From: a virus
Reading direction: 5' to 3' (one strand)
IMG/VR virus record: IMGVR_UViG_3300045996_003734
Span: 45,167 to 109,166 of that record
DNA length: 64,000 nucleotides
Each line of letters opens with the position of its first letter. The stretch's first letter is position 1. Positions 43,860-53,563 of the stretch are shown here, piece by piece. Both the position numbers and the translations under genes were made by a program. The notes under the pieces are model-generated. The model was not told the DNA's origin, ran no database searches, and saw only the letters and a list, made by a program, of their open reading frames with translations.

Positions 43860-43985
43860 GCGACAGCCCCAGCACGACGCATGCCAGACGGCCATTGCGG
43901 CGGTTCCTCAACGTGACGAGGACGCAAACGCCACAAGCCCTTCGTTGGTTGTGCCGCGTGTAGCGAAGGCGTACGGCATTGGGCA

Positions 43986-44219
43986 ATGGTCCCCTCCTAT
44001 CGCCCGCCACCGAAGCCGGTGGTCCTCGCGTTTTGGCGCGTAGAGCGCGTGTTCGGTGACGGGCGCCGCGAACTCGTCACGCTGGGCGGTGAGCCTTGGG
44101 AGGGTGCGGAGGAGCAGGCTCTAGAGCGCGCGCGGGTCATGCAGGCTGAGGAGACCGACGTGAAGTTCGAGCTGCTGTCGGTCGTTAGGACGCAACTGGG
44201 CAGGCCGGCGTCCGAATAG
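43986..44219 (+). CDS. Small hypothetical protein (paralog 2)
   Basis: WRVERVFGDGRRELVTLGGEPWEG. Confidence 0.65.
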   Translation: MVPSYRPPPKPVVLAFWRVERVFGDGRRELVTLGGEPWEGAEEQALERARVMQAEETDVKFELLSVVRTQLGRPASE

Positions 44220-44224
44220 GGGAA

Positions 44225-44279
44225 GCCAGCCCGCCGAAGGCTCACACCCAACCGTTTTCCTTGATGGCGGCGGGCTGGC
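44225..44279. terminator. Hairpin between convergent genes
   Basis: GCCAGCCCGCCG (44225-44236) pairs with CGGCGGGCTGGC (44268-44279); no U-tract. Confidence 0.45.
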
Positions 44280-44280
44280 C

Positions 44281-44493
44281 CTACGTGTCCCGTGAGGGGT
44301 GGGCGAACTCGAACGCCACCGACTCAATGAGCACCCGGCCGTTGAGGGAGCACGCGTACCAGGCCTCCACGAGCCTAGCCAATCGCGCGCGATCGAGTTG
44401 GCAGAGCTCCCCGTGCAGGCGGGCGATGATGGCTGCCGTGGGGTCAGGCGGCTCGTTCCTGCGCCGGGTCGGCTCGTCGTCGAGGTCGACCAT
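44281..44493 (-). CDS. Small hypothetical protein at the end of the late operon
   Basis: ATG overlaps the stop of the upstream gene. Confidence 0.5.
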   Translation of the reverse strand: MVDLDDEPTRRRNEPPDPTAAIIARLHGELCQLDRARLARLVEAWYACSLNGRVLIESVAFEFAHPSRDT

Positions 44494-46505
44494 CAGAGCG
44501 CCTCGCTGCGAGCGAGCACGTCCCCAAGGACGACGGTCTCGAACGACAGACCACGAATGACACTGGGGAGCGTCGTGGCAGTCGCAAACAGCTGGACGGC
44601 CGCGACACCATCGATCACCTGCAGAGCGCGCCCCACGCCGATCGCAGAGACGTAGCCGAAGCTGACGCCCGTCCCGTTGCCGAAGCCGAGGTTGACCGAG
44701 GTTCCCACACCGAGGCCGAGCCCAGCGAACGCCGCGAGACCTACCCCCGCCACGGTGGCGCCGCCGACGGCTACAGCGACGCCTCCCAGAGCTCCCACAG
44801 CAGGCGCCGACGCGATCGTGAGCCCATTTCCTGGCGCGACGGCACCCGAGTGAGCTGCGCCAACACCGGCCACGCTCTGCAGCGCCCAGGGAATGGCGAC
44901 GACAACGGCTGCGCCGGCAGCAACACCCGGGGCGCGCTGCGTCATTCGACCATCGGCGACGCCGACAGTCTGCCCGAGTCCCACGCCCGCGGCGGTGGCG
45001 AGGGCCACGCCGTTGCCTGGGGCCGCGGCCGCGCTCCCGCCGGCCATCACGCCCGTCTGCTGCTCGAGCATCCGAGCCACCGCGGCAGCGACGACCGAGC
45101 CCACGGCCACCCCAAGTGCGCGCTGAGTGGTCGCGCCGGCCGCGACGGCAAAGGCGCTCCCACCGACCGCGACGCCGTCCGCCAGCACGGTGCTCTGGGC
45201 TAAGGACGAACCGATGCCGCTCGCCCCGCCGGCAACGAAGCCGACGCCCGAGCACACCTCTCGAGAGGCACCCACGGCCACGCACGCAACGGCGCCCACG
45301 CCGACGCGGGCCTGAATGTCGCGGCCCACCCCAACGCCCAGAGCGGCGGTGAGCGCCGCGCCCGGAGCAGATTGAACCGCCACCGGGGCACCCACCGCCA
45401 CCAGCGCGGCAGGACCGACGCCGGCGGTGCGCTGCAGCGCCGAGCCGGCGCCGATGACCATGAAACCGCCCACGCCCACACCCGTGCCGCTCGCGACGAC
45501 AGGGGAGGAAGCGGAGGCGAAGAACGCAGCCGACCCGCGCCGAGCCGTCGTGGTGAACGTCTCAATCGGGCGCTCGTCCGTCGCCTGATACAGGCCCAGC
45601 ACGTCGTTGACGGCAGCGGGAGTACCAGCGAAGAACGTGCGCGGACGGCGCGCTTGCTCGTTCGTAGCGAGCCACTCTTGGTTGAAGACTCGCCGCCGCA
45701 AGGCGAAGAATGGAATCGCAGCGGCCACCACGGCGAACGCGAACGGTCGCCTCAGTGTCGTCGTGAACGTCTCGATCGGGCGCCCGTCCACGAGCTCGCG
45801 CTTGACCGAGGCTGTGTAGTCCGGCGTCCCGCCGCCGCCACCGCCGCCGCCGTCGTGGGACACGAGCAGCATGCCCCACTGCGCGGCGCCGCCGATGCCC
45901 CAGGTCACCGCCTGCGCACCAGCGGTGCCCGCGAGGCGCCAGACAGCACCCCCGTACTCGAAGGCACCAGACGCCACGCTGAACTCCGTCGTCCAGCCAG
46001 GGCTCGGAGGGGTGTGCACGGGGCTACCACCGTCGGCGTACACGTAAACCGACGTGATCTCGTCGCCCACTTGCGTCAGCGCGTCCGTCGTCGCCGTCGG
46101 AGCGTTCGTGTTCCCCGACGCCGTGACCGGGGTCCCGCGCACCGCGCCTGCGCCAGAAATCTCGACGATCGCTCCCGTCGTGTAGTGGCCGTCCGGGGTC
46201 CCCACTCCGCTGTATGTAATGGTGACCGTGTGAGCGGCGCCCGGCGGCACCACGGCTTCCCAAAGCTCAGCCTGGTTCAGGTTGTTGGGCGACTGGGTGC
46301 AGCGGCCCACCATCGTCGCTGCTGCACCGTTGATCGTGACCGCGCTGACGAGATGCGTCTGGACCGACGAGTAGTGGACCAGCAGGACGCGAACGGTGTT
46401 GCCCGGAGTGAAGTCCGACAGCGTGTTCGCGATTGTGTGCGGGCCAACCGTCGTGACGCCCGAGTGAGGCGCTGCGATGGCTTGGCCTTGGACGCGGGTT
46501 GCCAT
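44493..46505 (-). CDS. Putative virion fibre/structural protein with Ala/Gly/Val repeats
   Basis: Thr-rich beta N-domain, Gly linker, duplicated RPIETFTTT, long AGV-rich tail; GAGGAG RBS. Confidence 0.6.
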   Translation of the reverse strand: MATRVQGQAIAAPHSGVTTVGPHTIANTLSDFTPGNTVRVLLVHYSSVQTHLVSAVTINGAAATMVGRCTQSPNNLNQAELWEAVVPPGAAHTVTITYSGVGTPDGHYTTGAIVEISGAGAVRGTPVTASGNTNAPTATTDALTQVGDEITSVYVYADGGSPVHTPPSPGWTTEFSVASGAFEYGGAVWRLAGTAGAQAVTWGIGGAAQWGMLLVSHDGGGGGGGGTPDYTASVKRELVDGRPIETFTTTLRRPFAFAVVAAAIPFFALRRRVFNQEWLATNEQARRPRTFFAGTPAAVNDVLGLYQATDERPIETFTTTARRGSAAFFASASSPVVASGTGVGVGGFMVIGAGSALQRTAGVGPAALVAVGAPVAVQSAPGAALTAALGVGVGRDIQARVGVGAVACVAVGASREVCSGVGFVAGGASGIGSSLAQSTVLADGVAVGGSAFAVAAGATTQRALGVAVGSVVAAAVARMLEQQTGVMAGGSAAAAPGNGVALATAAGVGLGQTVGVADGRMTQRAPGVAAGAAVVVAIPWALQSVAGVGAAHSGAVAPGNGLTIASAPAVGALGGVAVAVGGATVAGVGLAAFAGLGLGVGTSVNLGFGNGTGVSFGYVSAIGVGRALQVIDGVAAVQLFATATTLPSVIRGLSFETVVLGDVLARSEAL

Positions 46506-46511
46506 GGCTCC

Positions 46512-47201
46512 TCAGAGAGACGGCGGGAGCGCCGGGACTATCGCGTCCAGCGCCAGCACGGAGTAGCCCGCGGCGGTCAGGTGGATCTGCGTGCCGTCGT
46601 AGTAGGTCGTGTCGCTAGGTGTCTGGAGCCTCGCGTCCGCGGCCGCGTCAGCGATGAGCGGGAATTTCGCGGGGTTGCCTTTGAGGAGCGCGATGAGCGC
46701 GAGCCGCGCCGCGTTGTACTGCGTGTTGTTGGACGGCGGGGAGGATGTCGTCTCGTAGAAAGCGGGCGAGGTCACCGCCATCGGCGTAAAGCCCGCTGCG
46801 ATTACAGCGTCGGCCCACAACGCGCTCTGGTCGTAGCAAGCCTGCGCGGCCGCGGAGGGGTTAGACAGCGTGAGCCCGTCTCCCCATTCGCCGCGGGTGT
46901 CCGCGAGGTAGTTGCAGGCCTCGAGCAGGACCGCGATGTTCAGCCGCCCGGGCATGTACTGGCTCGTCACCGTCGAGACGCGGGAGAGCAAGGTGACGAT
47001 ATCGCCGCCCATGAGCCCCTCGGCGACGTTCGCCGTCGGCTTTGCGGCTGCGATGAGGGCTCGCGGCGTCTGGCCTCCCGAGACGCCCGAGCCCTCCAAG
47101 ATCGAGTTGCCGTGGAGGATGACGTTGAGCAACTGCAGCGGCGCGGGCGGAGCCGCCACACGCCGGTAACCGCCGCGCCCAGAAAAGCGCGCGCCTGGCA
47201 C
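46512..47201 (-). CDS. SGNH/GDSL hydrolase
   Basis: Block I variant HGNSI; block V D...IHLTAAGY. Confidence 0.75.
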   Translation of the reverse strand: MPGARFSGRGGYRRVAAPPAPLQLLNVILHGNSILEGSGVSGGQTPRALIAAAKPTANVAEGLMGGDIVTLLSRVSTVTSQYMPGRLNIAVLLEACNYLADTRGEWGDGLTLSNPSAAAQACYDQSALWADAVIAAGFTPMAVTSPAFYETTSSPPSNNTQYNAARLALIALLKGNPAKFPLIADAAADARLQTPSDTTYYDGTQIHLTAAGYSVLALDAIVPALPPSL

Positions 47202-47202
47202 G

Positions 47203-47694
47203 TTATCCGCCGTCGAGCTCGGCGAAGACCAGGGAGCCGGACCAGAGGGTCAGGCCCGTAGGAGCAGCGCGGAGCTTCACGGCTAGCGCAGCGCCGCCGC
47301 CCCCTGGGACAATCAAGCGTTTGCGTTCGGTGCGTTGCCAGAGGTAGCCCGTGAGGTTCCAGAACGCGTCGGGGATTTTTTCCGTGAACGCGCCGGCGCC
47401 CTCGGCCGAAGCCAGGACGCCCGACGTGCCTGCCGCGCCCGCAGTACCGCCGGTGATGTAGGAGTTGGCGTCGCTCGACTTGGTCTTTTCCGGAGTCGCC
47501 GAAACGAGCGTCGGGAATGCCGTCGCCTTGAACCCGATCGACACGCCGACCATCTCACCCGTCGTGGTGCCGCGCTGGTTGAGCTGCACCTCGATGAGCT
47601 CGATCACGCCAACGGCGGGAGGGTTCGCGAAGAGCAGCGTTTGTGCACCGCTGAGGGTCTGATCCGTGAACTTAACGATGTATTCGCGTGCCAT
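47203..47694 (-). CDS. Hypothetical virion protein
   Basis: Beta-rich; RBS; in late operon. Confidence 0.55.
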   Translation of the reverse strand: MAREYIVKFTDQTLSGAQTLLFANPPAVGVIELIEVQLNQRGTTTGEMVGVSIGFKATAFPTLVSATPEKTKSSDANSYITGGTAGAAGTSGVLASAEGAGAFTEKIPDAFWNLTGYLWQRTERKRLIVPGGGGAALAVKLRAAPTGLTLWSGSLVFAELDGG

Positions 47695-47706
47695 GGGGCT
47701 GTTCCT

Positions 47707-48423
47707 TCAGCTCAGACGGATGAGCGTCGCGGTGGAAAGTTGGGGGTCCGTGTTCTGGTTCACCTGCAGGGGGACCACCTTGGTGGCGATGCCGCTGCCG
47801 AGAGACGAGATCGCGATCGATGCGCCGCCCTGCGTGGCCGAGACGGTGAAGCGGTCCGTGGTGAGGCCGGTCGAGCGCACCCAGTACACGGTGCCTTCGG
47901 TGACGCCGCCGGGGAGCGCGCCGCCCGACTCGATGTCGAAGAACGCGATGCGGTCGTCCGCCACGAGGCCGTGAGCGGGGACAAGAATGGTGTCCGCCGT
48001 GGCGTCGTCGCACATGAAGGCGCGAGCGCCGAAAGTCGCATCACCGAAGACGCCCCACGCGTGCATCTCGGTTGCGCCGGACGCCGCGAACCCGAGCGAC
48101 CAGTACGGAATCACCACCGTCGCGCCGTTGTCCGTGCGGATGCCGAGGCTCACCGCGGCCGCGAGGTTGATGACGCCGTTGCTCGCCGCGCCGAAGCCCG
48201 CACCGCGCGCACAAGCGCCGCGGGCGTAGCCCGTGTAAGCAGCCTCGCTGACCTGCTGGCTAGCAGGCGCCTCGCCCGGCCACGCCGTGTGGCCCGCGAA
48301 GTACAAGCTGCCGGCGGTAGCCGAGGGCTGAAGTCCGGACGCGTCCCCGACGTTGGCGGCCGCCACGTTCCGGAGCCACAGGTTGAGCATCTTGTTTTCG
48401 AACGGGGTGACGAGCATTCCCAT
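47707..48423 (-). CDS. Tail-fibre-associated structural protein
   Basis: EN..LNL, LY...HT..PGE, E..YTGYAR motifs; HGL...D and GTVYWV repeat. Confidence 0.65.
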   Translation of the reverse strand: MGMLVTPFENKMLNLWLRNVAAANVGDASGLQPSATAGSLYFAGHTAWPGEAPASQQVSEAAYTGYARGACARGAGFGAASNGVINLAAAVSLGIRTDNGATVVIPYWSLGFAASGATEMHAWGVFGDATFGARAFMCDDATADTILVPAHGLVADDRIAFFDIESGGALPGGVTEGTVYWVRSTGLTTDRFTVSATQGGASIAISSLGSGIATKVVPLQVNQNTDPQLSTATLIRLS

Positions 48424-48434
48424 GGCAGCGATCC

Positions 48435-48749
48435 TTACGGAGTTGGGTGCGGAACGACGTGGAGCTTGAACAGCCGGCAGCGTCGTGACCCGGGCTCGAG
48501 GACTGGCTCGATGATGTAGGCCCCGGCCTGCGCCACCTCCGCTCCGAGAGAGTCGAATTCGTGCCGGGCAACCACCTCGTACTGCGTCGCGCCGGAGAGC
48601 ACGGTGTCCCACGTGGTGGTCGTGCCGTCGGGCCTCGTGACGTGGAGAGTGCAGGCGACGATGCCGGCCATGTTCAGGCCGGTCGTGCCGGGGAGCAGGG
48701 TGACGCGCAACGCCTCTGGCCCCCTTGCGCCCTGCAGCAACGTGGTCAT
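48435..48749 (-). CDS. BppU/Ig-like structural protein
   Basis: L.VTRPDGT...W, D/E..QAG.Y pattern. Confidence 0.55.
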   Translation of the reverse strand: MTTLLQGARGPEALRVTLLPGTTGLNMAGIVACTLHVTRPDGTTTTWDTVLSGATQYEVVARHEFDSLGAEVAQAGAYIIEPVLEPGSRRCRLFKLHVVPHPTP

Positions 48750-49210
48750 CGCCGCCCCGGGTTCTCTGACACCGACTCCGCCGCGATGCGGCCCACGCAG
48801 GCCCCCCGCTCTGCGCCGTCGCGGAGCTCGCGGCAGATGTCTAGCTTGCGGTCGAATTCGCTGCGCTGAATGACGGTCTGCGTGGGGGGCGGCGCCGGCG
48901 TCGTGATCCGCACCATGAAGCCAGCGAAGCCGCCGGAGCCCAGCATGCCCAAGAACACCTTGACTGTCGTGGACGCGGCGAAAGCCTTTGCTCTCTTCGC
49001 CAGCAGCTCGAACTCCGTGAGGCGCTGGTCGAGCGCCAAAAAGGACCCCTCGAGCTTGCCGAGGCGCTCGCCCAGCCGCTGCTCGACGGCGATCGCCACC
49101 TGCTCGGCTTGGTGGGCAGCCCGAACGGCGCGCTCGAACTCGTCCCCATGGTCCTCAGAAGGCATGGGGAGGCGTCGGCCTGGGATTCCGGGAGCGTTCG
49201 GTGGTGCCAT
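48746..49210 (-). CDS. Coiled-coil membrane protein (lysis-associated?)
   Basis: One TM segment; downstream of the endolysin. Confidence 0.5.
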   Translation of the reverse strand: MAPPNAPGIPGRRLPMPSEDHGDEFERAVRAAHQAEQVAIAVEQRLGERLGKLEGSFLALDQRLTEFELLAKRAKAFAASTTVKVFLGMLGSGGFAGFMVRITTPAPPPTQTVIQRSEFDRKLDICRELRDGAERGACVGRIAAESVSENPGRR

Positions 49211-49214
49211 GACG

Positions 49215-49481
49215 TCACTTCGCCACGGCAGCGATGGCGCAAACGAAGCTCACGAGGGCGGCAGCTACGCCGATGAGCGCGGGCAGCCACCGCTCTCGGC
49301 GCATGCTGACGACCTCCGCCTTCAGTGTCTTGTGCTCCTCGAACATCCGGAGGCTGATGTCGTGCGAGCGCTCGGCGTAGACCTTCGTCTGTCGAGCTTC
49401 GTCCTCGGTGCGAGAGCACGACGCGAGTATCAGCTCGAGCGTGTCTTTCCGGTCGGTCGGCGTCTTGTCGTCATCGCTCAT
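49215..49481 (-). CDS. Small C-terminally anchored membrane protein
   Basis: WLPALIGVAAALVSFVCAIAAVAK; overlaps the lysin end. Confidence 0.55.
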   Translation of the reverse strand: MSDDDKTPTDRKDTLELILASCSRTEDEARQTKVYAERSHDISLRMFEEHKTLKAEVVSMRRERWLPALIGVAAALVSFVCAIAAVAK

Positions 49482-50334
49482 TGGCGTACGGCTCCGATTC
49501 GGGGGCGAGCTCGCTGGGGTCGGTGTCGCTGGCGGCGTGCGAGGCGAGACGCGCGTGCTCACGCAGGTTCGCCCCCGCCATGCCGACGGCGTTCTGGATG
49601 CGCTCCCAGTGGCTGGCCTGGAGCTGCTCGAGCAAGTCCTCCAGCCCCTCGTCGCCGTCTTCTGGCGGCGGCGGAAGCGTGCTGTTCACGAGGTCCCGCG
49701 CCGTTGCGATGAGCGGCAGCTCGCCGAGCAGGCGGTTCTGGTCGAGGACAGGCGCCTGGCTGTCGTAGCCGCCCGCGCCGTCCGGGTCGTACGGGGCCAC
49801 TCGGTGCTGCCAGATCGTTGCGGCCGCCCCGCCCGGCGTCGCGGGCTTCGAGGCGCCCGTGTAGTGAGCCACCCAGAGCGGACGGTCGAGCAGCCACGCG
49901 GGCTTGCCCAGCATCCCGAACTCGCGCTGGGTGATGTACACCATGGCGTCGCCGTACTGCTCCACGAGATCGTCGAGGATGTGCTTCACGCCGTCCTGCC
50001 AAGCCGGCGAGACGTGGGCACCCGGCTTCGGGAGCGGGTCGGCCTCGACGTCCAGTGTGGGCACGATGTCGCCCGGGCCGATGTGCGCGGCGGCGAGCTG
50101 GTCACGAAAGACGGCCAGCTGATCTGCCGCGTCCTGGCTCGGTCTGAAGAAGTGATAGAGCCCCACCTTCAGCCCGGCGGACCGCGCTCGTCGCACGTGC
50201 TCGAGCGTGACGCGGTCCTTCATGAGCCCGTAGCTGCCGCGAATGATGGCGAAGCTCGACGTGAGCGCGAACGTCGCCCAGGGAAGCGACGCAGGGTTTT
50301 GATGGTGACTGACGTCGATTCCGTACTTCTTCAC
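49471..50334 (-). CDS. Endolysin, GH25 muramidase
   Basis: GIDVSHHQ, GLYHFF, LDVE, LWVAHY, IWQ, LDQN. Confidence 0.93.
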   Translation of the reverse strand: MKKYGIDVSHHQNPASLPWATFALTSSFAIIRGSYGLMKDRVTLEHVRRARSAGLKVGLYHFFRPSQDAADQLAVFRDQLAAAHIGPGDIVPTLDVEADPLPKPGAHVSPAWQDGVKHILDDLVEQYGDAMVYITQREFGMLGKPAWLLDRPLWVAHYTGASKPATPGGAAATIWQHRVAPYDPDGAGGYDSQAPVLDQNRLLGELPLIATARDLVNSTLPPPPEDGDEGLEDLLEQLQASHWERIQNAVGMAGANLREHARLASHAASDTDPSELAPESEPYANER

Positions 50335-50834
50335 GCCGCAGAGTCCTTCCGGGTGAGCTTCTCGATCTGCCCTGCGAGCCAGCGCTCGAAGGACTTGGGG
50401 TCTTTGCGGCAGCGCTCGAGCGTGGCCTGCACCTCGACGAGCACAGTGAAGCGGACACTCGAGTGCTCGTGCTGCTTTCGCTCCTGCAGCGCTTCGCGGC
50501 GGTCGAGCCGCGCTGGCTCGATGCCCACCTTCCGCACGGCCGTGCGCGCGTTGTAGACCTTGGCGTTGTCACGGCAGCGCGAGCACGTCTTGAACGCCTC
50601 GTCCTCCCGCTCGCCGCCGCACTTGCATCGGCCCTCGCGCGCATACTGAGCGCGGCGCTCGGCCAGCTGGAGGCGGGCGTGGGTGCGCGCCGCCAGCTGC
50701 GAAGCGGCGGCTGCCGTCTTGGCAGCGAAGAAGAACACGCCTCCCTTAGCGTCGCCCTTGCTGGCTACCGGCCTGCAGTCGGTGACCTTGCCCGTGCCGT
50801 CCACGGTGACGCGGAACCAGCTCCTCGTTTTCAT
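50331..50834 (-). CDS. Basic protein with Cys4 finger inside the lysis cassette
   Basis: GRCKCG...CSRC. Confidence 0.55.
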   Translation of the reverse strand: MKTRSWFRVTVDGTGKVTDCRPVASKGDAKGGVFFFAAKTAAAASQLAARTHARLQLAERRAQYAREGRCKCGGEREDEAFKTCSRCRDNAKVYNARTAVRKVGIEPARLDRREALQERKQHEHSSVRFTVLVEVQATLERCRKDPKSFERWLAGQIEKLTRKDSAA

Positions 50835-51040
50835 CAGACGCCGCTTCCCGGCACCTTGCCGACACCGAGGTCAGGCCGGCGATAGGCTTGCTTCGAGAGG
50901 GCCACGACCGTCGCCCTCTCGACCGCCGACACCGGGTCACGGTGACCGAGCAGCGCGTTGATGAGCGCCTCCAGCGCCGTCTCCCCCACCTTCGCCGCGA
51001 GCTGGACTGCGGCCGTCTCGAGCGGCTCGGGGAGGTTCAC
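50834..51040 (-). CDS. Small hypothetical protein
   Basis: GTGA/TGATG overlaps with both neighbours. Confidence 0.5.
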   Translation of the reverse strand: MNLPEPLETAAVQLAAKVGETALEALINALLGHRDPVSAVERATVVALSKQAYRRPDLGVGKVPGSGV

Positions 51041-51678
51041 TTGCACCGCTCCTCGACCCAACGGTCGCAGCGCTCGACGATGGCCCTGCAGCCCGGCGTC
51101 GCGTCGCACTTGTCGTCGGGCGTGTCGGGGAACTTGGCCTGCCGCTCCGCAGCGCAGCTCGCGTTGTGCAAAGCCAACGGGCCCGTCGCGAAGTCCTCGG
51201 TCGAGCAAGGCGCGAAGTCCCGGGCGCAGCCGGTCAGGTAGGGCCACGTCGACACCAGTGCCGCGGGCACGAACAGGTAGAGGACCGGCAGCGTCGGCGG
51301 CCCCTTGATGCGTCCGACCGCGCCCGTGTACGGCAGCCACGGGGCGGCCTTCGCAAACTCGTGCGCTAGGGCAGCCAACGCTCCGAACAGCGCACCCTTG
51401 ACCGCGTGCGTGACGTCGGCTCCCGAGACTAAGGCAGCGGCTGCAGCGCCGAGCAGCGCGCCGGGCAATGCCTGCCAGGACTTCGACAGCAGTAAGAGCA
51501 GCGGCGCGGGGTCGATCACCGGCACCGGCACGACGCTCGCGAATAGCTCCCAGGCTCGCGGGAAGGCCTTTCGAAGCAGGTAGACGCAGGCAAAAACGAG
51601 AGCCACGAGCAGGCCGCGAGGTAGCGCTGGGTCGATGGCGGTAAGCCACGCAAGCGCTTGCTGGAGTTGCGAGAGCAT
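51037..51678 (-). CDS. Holin-like multi-TM protein with internal lipobox and Cys-rich tail
   Basis: 3-4 hydrophobic segments, LTGC, Cys-rich C-terminus; first gene of the lysis cluster. Confidence 0.55.
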   Translation of the reverse strand: MLSQLQQALAWLTAIDPALPRGLLVALVFACVYLLRKAFPRAWELFASVVPVPVIDPAPLLLLLSKSWQALPGALLGAAAAALVSGADVTHAVKGALFGALAALAHEFAKAAPWLPYTGAVGRIKGPPTLPVLYLFVPAALVSTWPYLTGCARDFAPCSTEDFATGPLALHNASCAAERQAKFPDTPDDKCDATPGCRAIVERCDRWVEERCK

Positions 51679-51714
51679 GCGCGCCAGCGTGGCGGCGACC
51701 CGGCCTCGTGACCC

Positions 51715-52074
51715 CTAGACGGGTTTCGGCGGCTCGATCAGCTCGCCCTCGACGGTGAGGTTCAGCGTCCCAAACCAACGATTATGGGCCACCTCCCGCA
51801 GAATCACCGTGAACGGCCCACCCTCTCGAGGCGTGAAGATGACCGCGCCCGGCGCCGCCCGGGTGTACTCGCGACGCACGTAGCTCGCTCGGCTGGGTCC
51901 CTGCACCTCGAGCAGGAGCGGCAGCATCACGCCTTCCGGCAGCGTCTTCGCGTAGCTCACCGTGAGCAGCAGCGGTCGCCCCGCGCTCACCTTGGCGCCC
52001 TGTTCCACCGCCAGCGTGATGCGCTTGTCCCGCACGTAAGCGGGCGACAGCTCGTCGAGAGTCGTCTCAGCCAT
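51715..52074 (-). CDS. Hypothetical Ig-like tail protein
   Basis: FTP.EGG...V.LRE motif. Confidence 0.55.
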   Translation of the reverse strand: MAETTLDELSPAYVRDKRITLAVEQGAKVSAGRPLLLTVSYAKTLPEGVMLPLLLEVQGPSRASYVRREYTRAAPGAVIFTPREGGPFTVILREVAHNRWFGTLNLTVEGELIEPPKPV

Positions 52075-52447
52075 TGCCCACGTCCAGCTGGATGTGCTCG
52101 TTCCCGCCGTCGGGGCGGCGGATACGGACGGTGTGGTGACCGACGCGGTCGGCCGTGAAGGTCACTCGGGACGAGTATCCGAGCGGGGACTCGAGCTTCG
52201 CGGCGGGAGCGTTGGGCGCCTCAGTCACCGCGGCCACGAACAGGCGACCTCCGAGCGCGGCATCCGCCGGCCCCACTACGCCGCCCACGACCGCCTGGAG
52301 CACCACGGGCACACCGACGGTCGCGACGTAGCGCTTCATGGGGCGCCCGGCGCGCGCGTTCAGCCGGCTGGGCCGCGCCGAGGTGGCGGGGTCCAGCCAA
52401 TCGCTCACGATGACGCCGCTGGTCACGCGCACGGTGAAGTCTGCCAC
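52067..52447 (-). CDS. Hypothetical Ig-like tail protein
   Basis: VTFT.D..GH.TV motif. Confidence 0.55.
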   Translation of the reverse strand: MADFTVRVTSGVIVSDWLDPATSARPSRLNARAGRPMKRYVATVGVPVVLQAVVGGVVGPADAALGGRLFVAAVTEAPNAPAAKLESPLGYSSRVTFTADRVGHHTVRIRRPDGGNEHIQLDVGNG

Positions 52448-53563
52448 TCAGAAGCCCGACCCGATCGTGAGGTAGGTGGAGACGTCGTCGCCGTACACCA
52501 GCTGCCGACCGTTGGCCGCAAGCATCGCGTCGGCCGATGCCGGGAAGAATCCCGCCGCGAACTTCCACGAAGCGCCCGCGTCCTGGCTGTAGAGCATCAT
52601 GTTTCCGGACACGAAGCTCGAGCTCACGAAGAGGTAGACGGTGCGGCCGAACGCGACGGCCATCGTGTCCAAGCCCAGGCTGAAGGTGCCGCTGTTCGGC
52701 GGCAGCGTGAAGGCCTGATTGGTCCAAGTGATGCCGTCGGTCGACACCGCGACCGCAACCATGCCGGCGCCGCCGCCCTCGCCGATCGCCACGTACTTTT
52801 CGAGCTGCGGGACGTAGACCACGTTGGTCCAGGCCTGCGAGGAAGGCAGCGTCCGCTCGATCCAGTTGATGCCATCCACCGAGTGAATGAGCTTGTTCGT
52901 GGTCGTGCTCGAGGTGATCACGATCCCGCCGCTCGAGCCGTTGACCGGGCCGACCGCCATGCTGATGCGCGGGTTGTTATTGGGGACCGTCCGCGAGGTG
53001 AAGGTGAGCGCGTCCGCCGACGTCTCGACGACGCCGGTGCCCTCGTGGCCCGCGACCCAGAGTCCGAGTTGCGCCACCCATTTCAGGCACGCTACTGCCG
53101 TCGTGTTCGTCTGCGAGCTCACCGTGGTGGCCATCGTGGACGTGAAGCAGGTGGGAAACCGGACGTACTTCTTGTTGCTCGATGCTCCGGGCAGGCCGCC
53201 GACGAGCCCGACCCCAGCCGTGGGATTGAAGTCCGCTGCGCGTTTGCGCGGACGGAGCGCGCTGATCGATGCCGTGTTGATGATCGTGAGTGCGCCCGAG
53301 CTGCCGAGCAGCACCCTGGCGCGCGGGTTGCTGCCGTTCACGTCGACGGTCACCCACACGTCCGAGACGGAGTTGTAGAACGCCGCGAGTCCCGGCGCGG
53401 CTTGCGGTGGCCCCCAGTTTTTGAACGCCGCGACGTCCGTCCAGACCGCGCCATCGGCGGCTTGCGCCTGCTGTTCGTCCAGCTTGTTCAGGTCGCTGTG
53501 CGTGGGGACCTGATTGTTCACGAGCCCACCCGGCCAAATCAACGAAAACGGCCACTTTGCCAT
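52448..53563 (-). CDS. Tail fibre / receptor-binding protein with Asp-box (BNR) repeats
   Basis: SADALTF, SVDGINW, STDGITW, SQDAGASW; follows the baseplate genes. Confidence 0.7.
   Translation of the reverse strand: MAKWPFSLIWPGGLVNNQVPTHSDLNKLDEQQAQAADGAVWTDVAAFKNWGPPQAAPGLAAFYNSVSDVWVTVDVNGSNPRARVLLGSSGALTIINTASISALRPRKRAADFNPTAGVGLVGGLPGASSNKKYVRFPTCFTSTMATTVSSQTNTTAVACLKWVAQLGLWVAGHEGTGVVETSADALTFTSRTVPNNNPRISMAVGPVNGSSGGIVITSSTTTNKLIHSVDGINWIERTLPSSQAWTNVVYVPQLEKYVAIGEGGGAGMVAVAVSTDGITWTNQAFTLPPNSGTFSLGLDTMAVAFGRTVYLFVSSSFVSGNMMLYSQDAGASWKFAAGFFPASADAMLAANGRQLVYGDDVSTYLTIGSGF

Noticed and set aside
45540-45790. DGR template/variable repeat pair
   Set aside because: Short in-frame duplication within one gene; differences are not confined to adenines; no RT.
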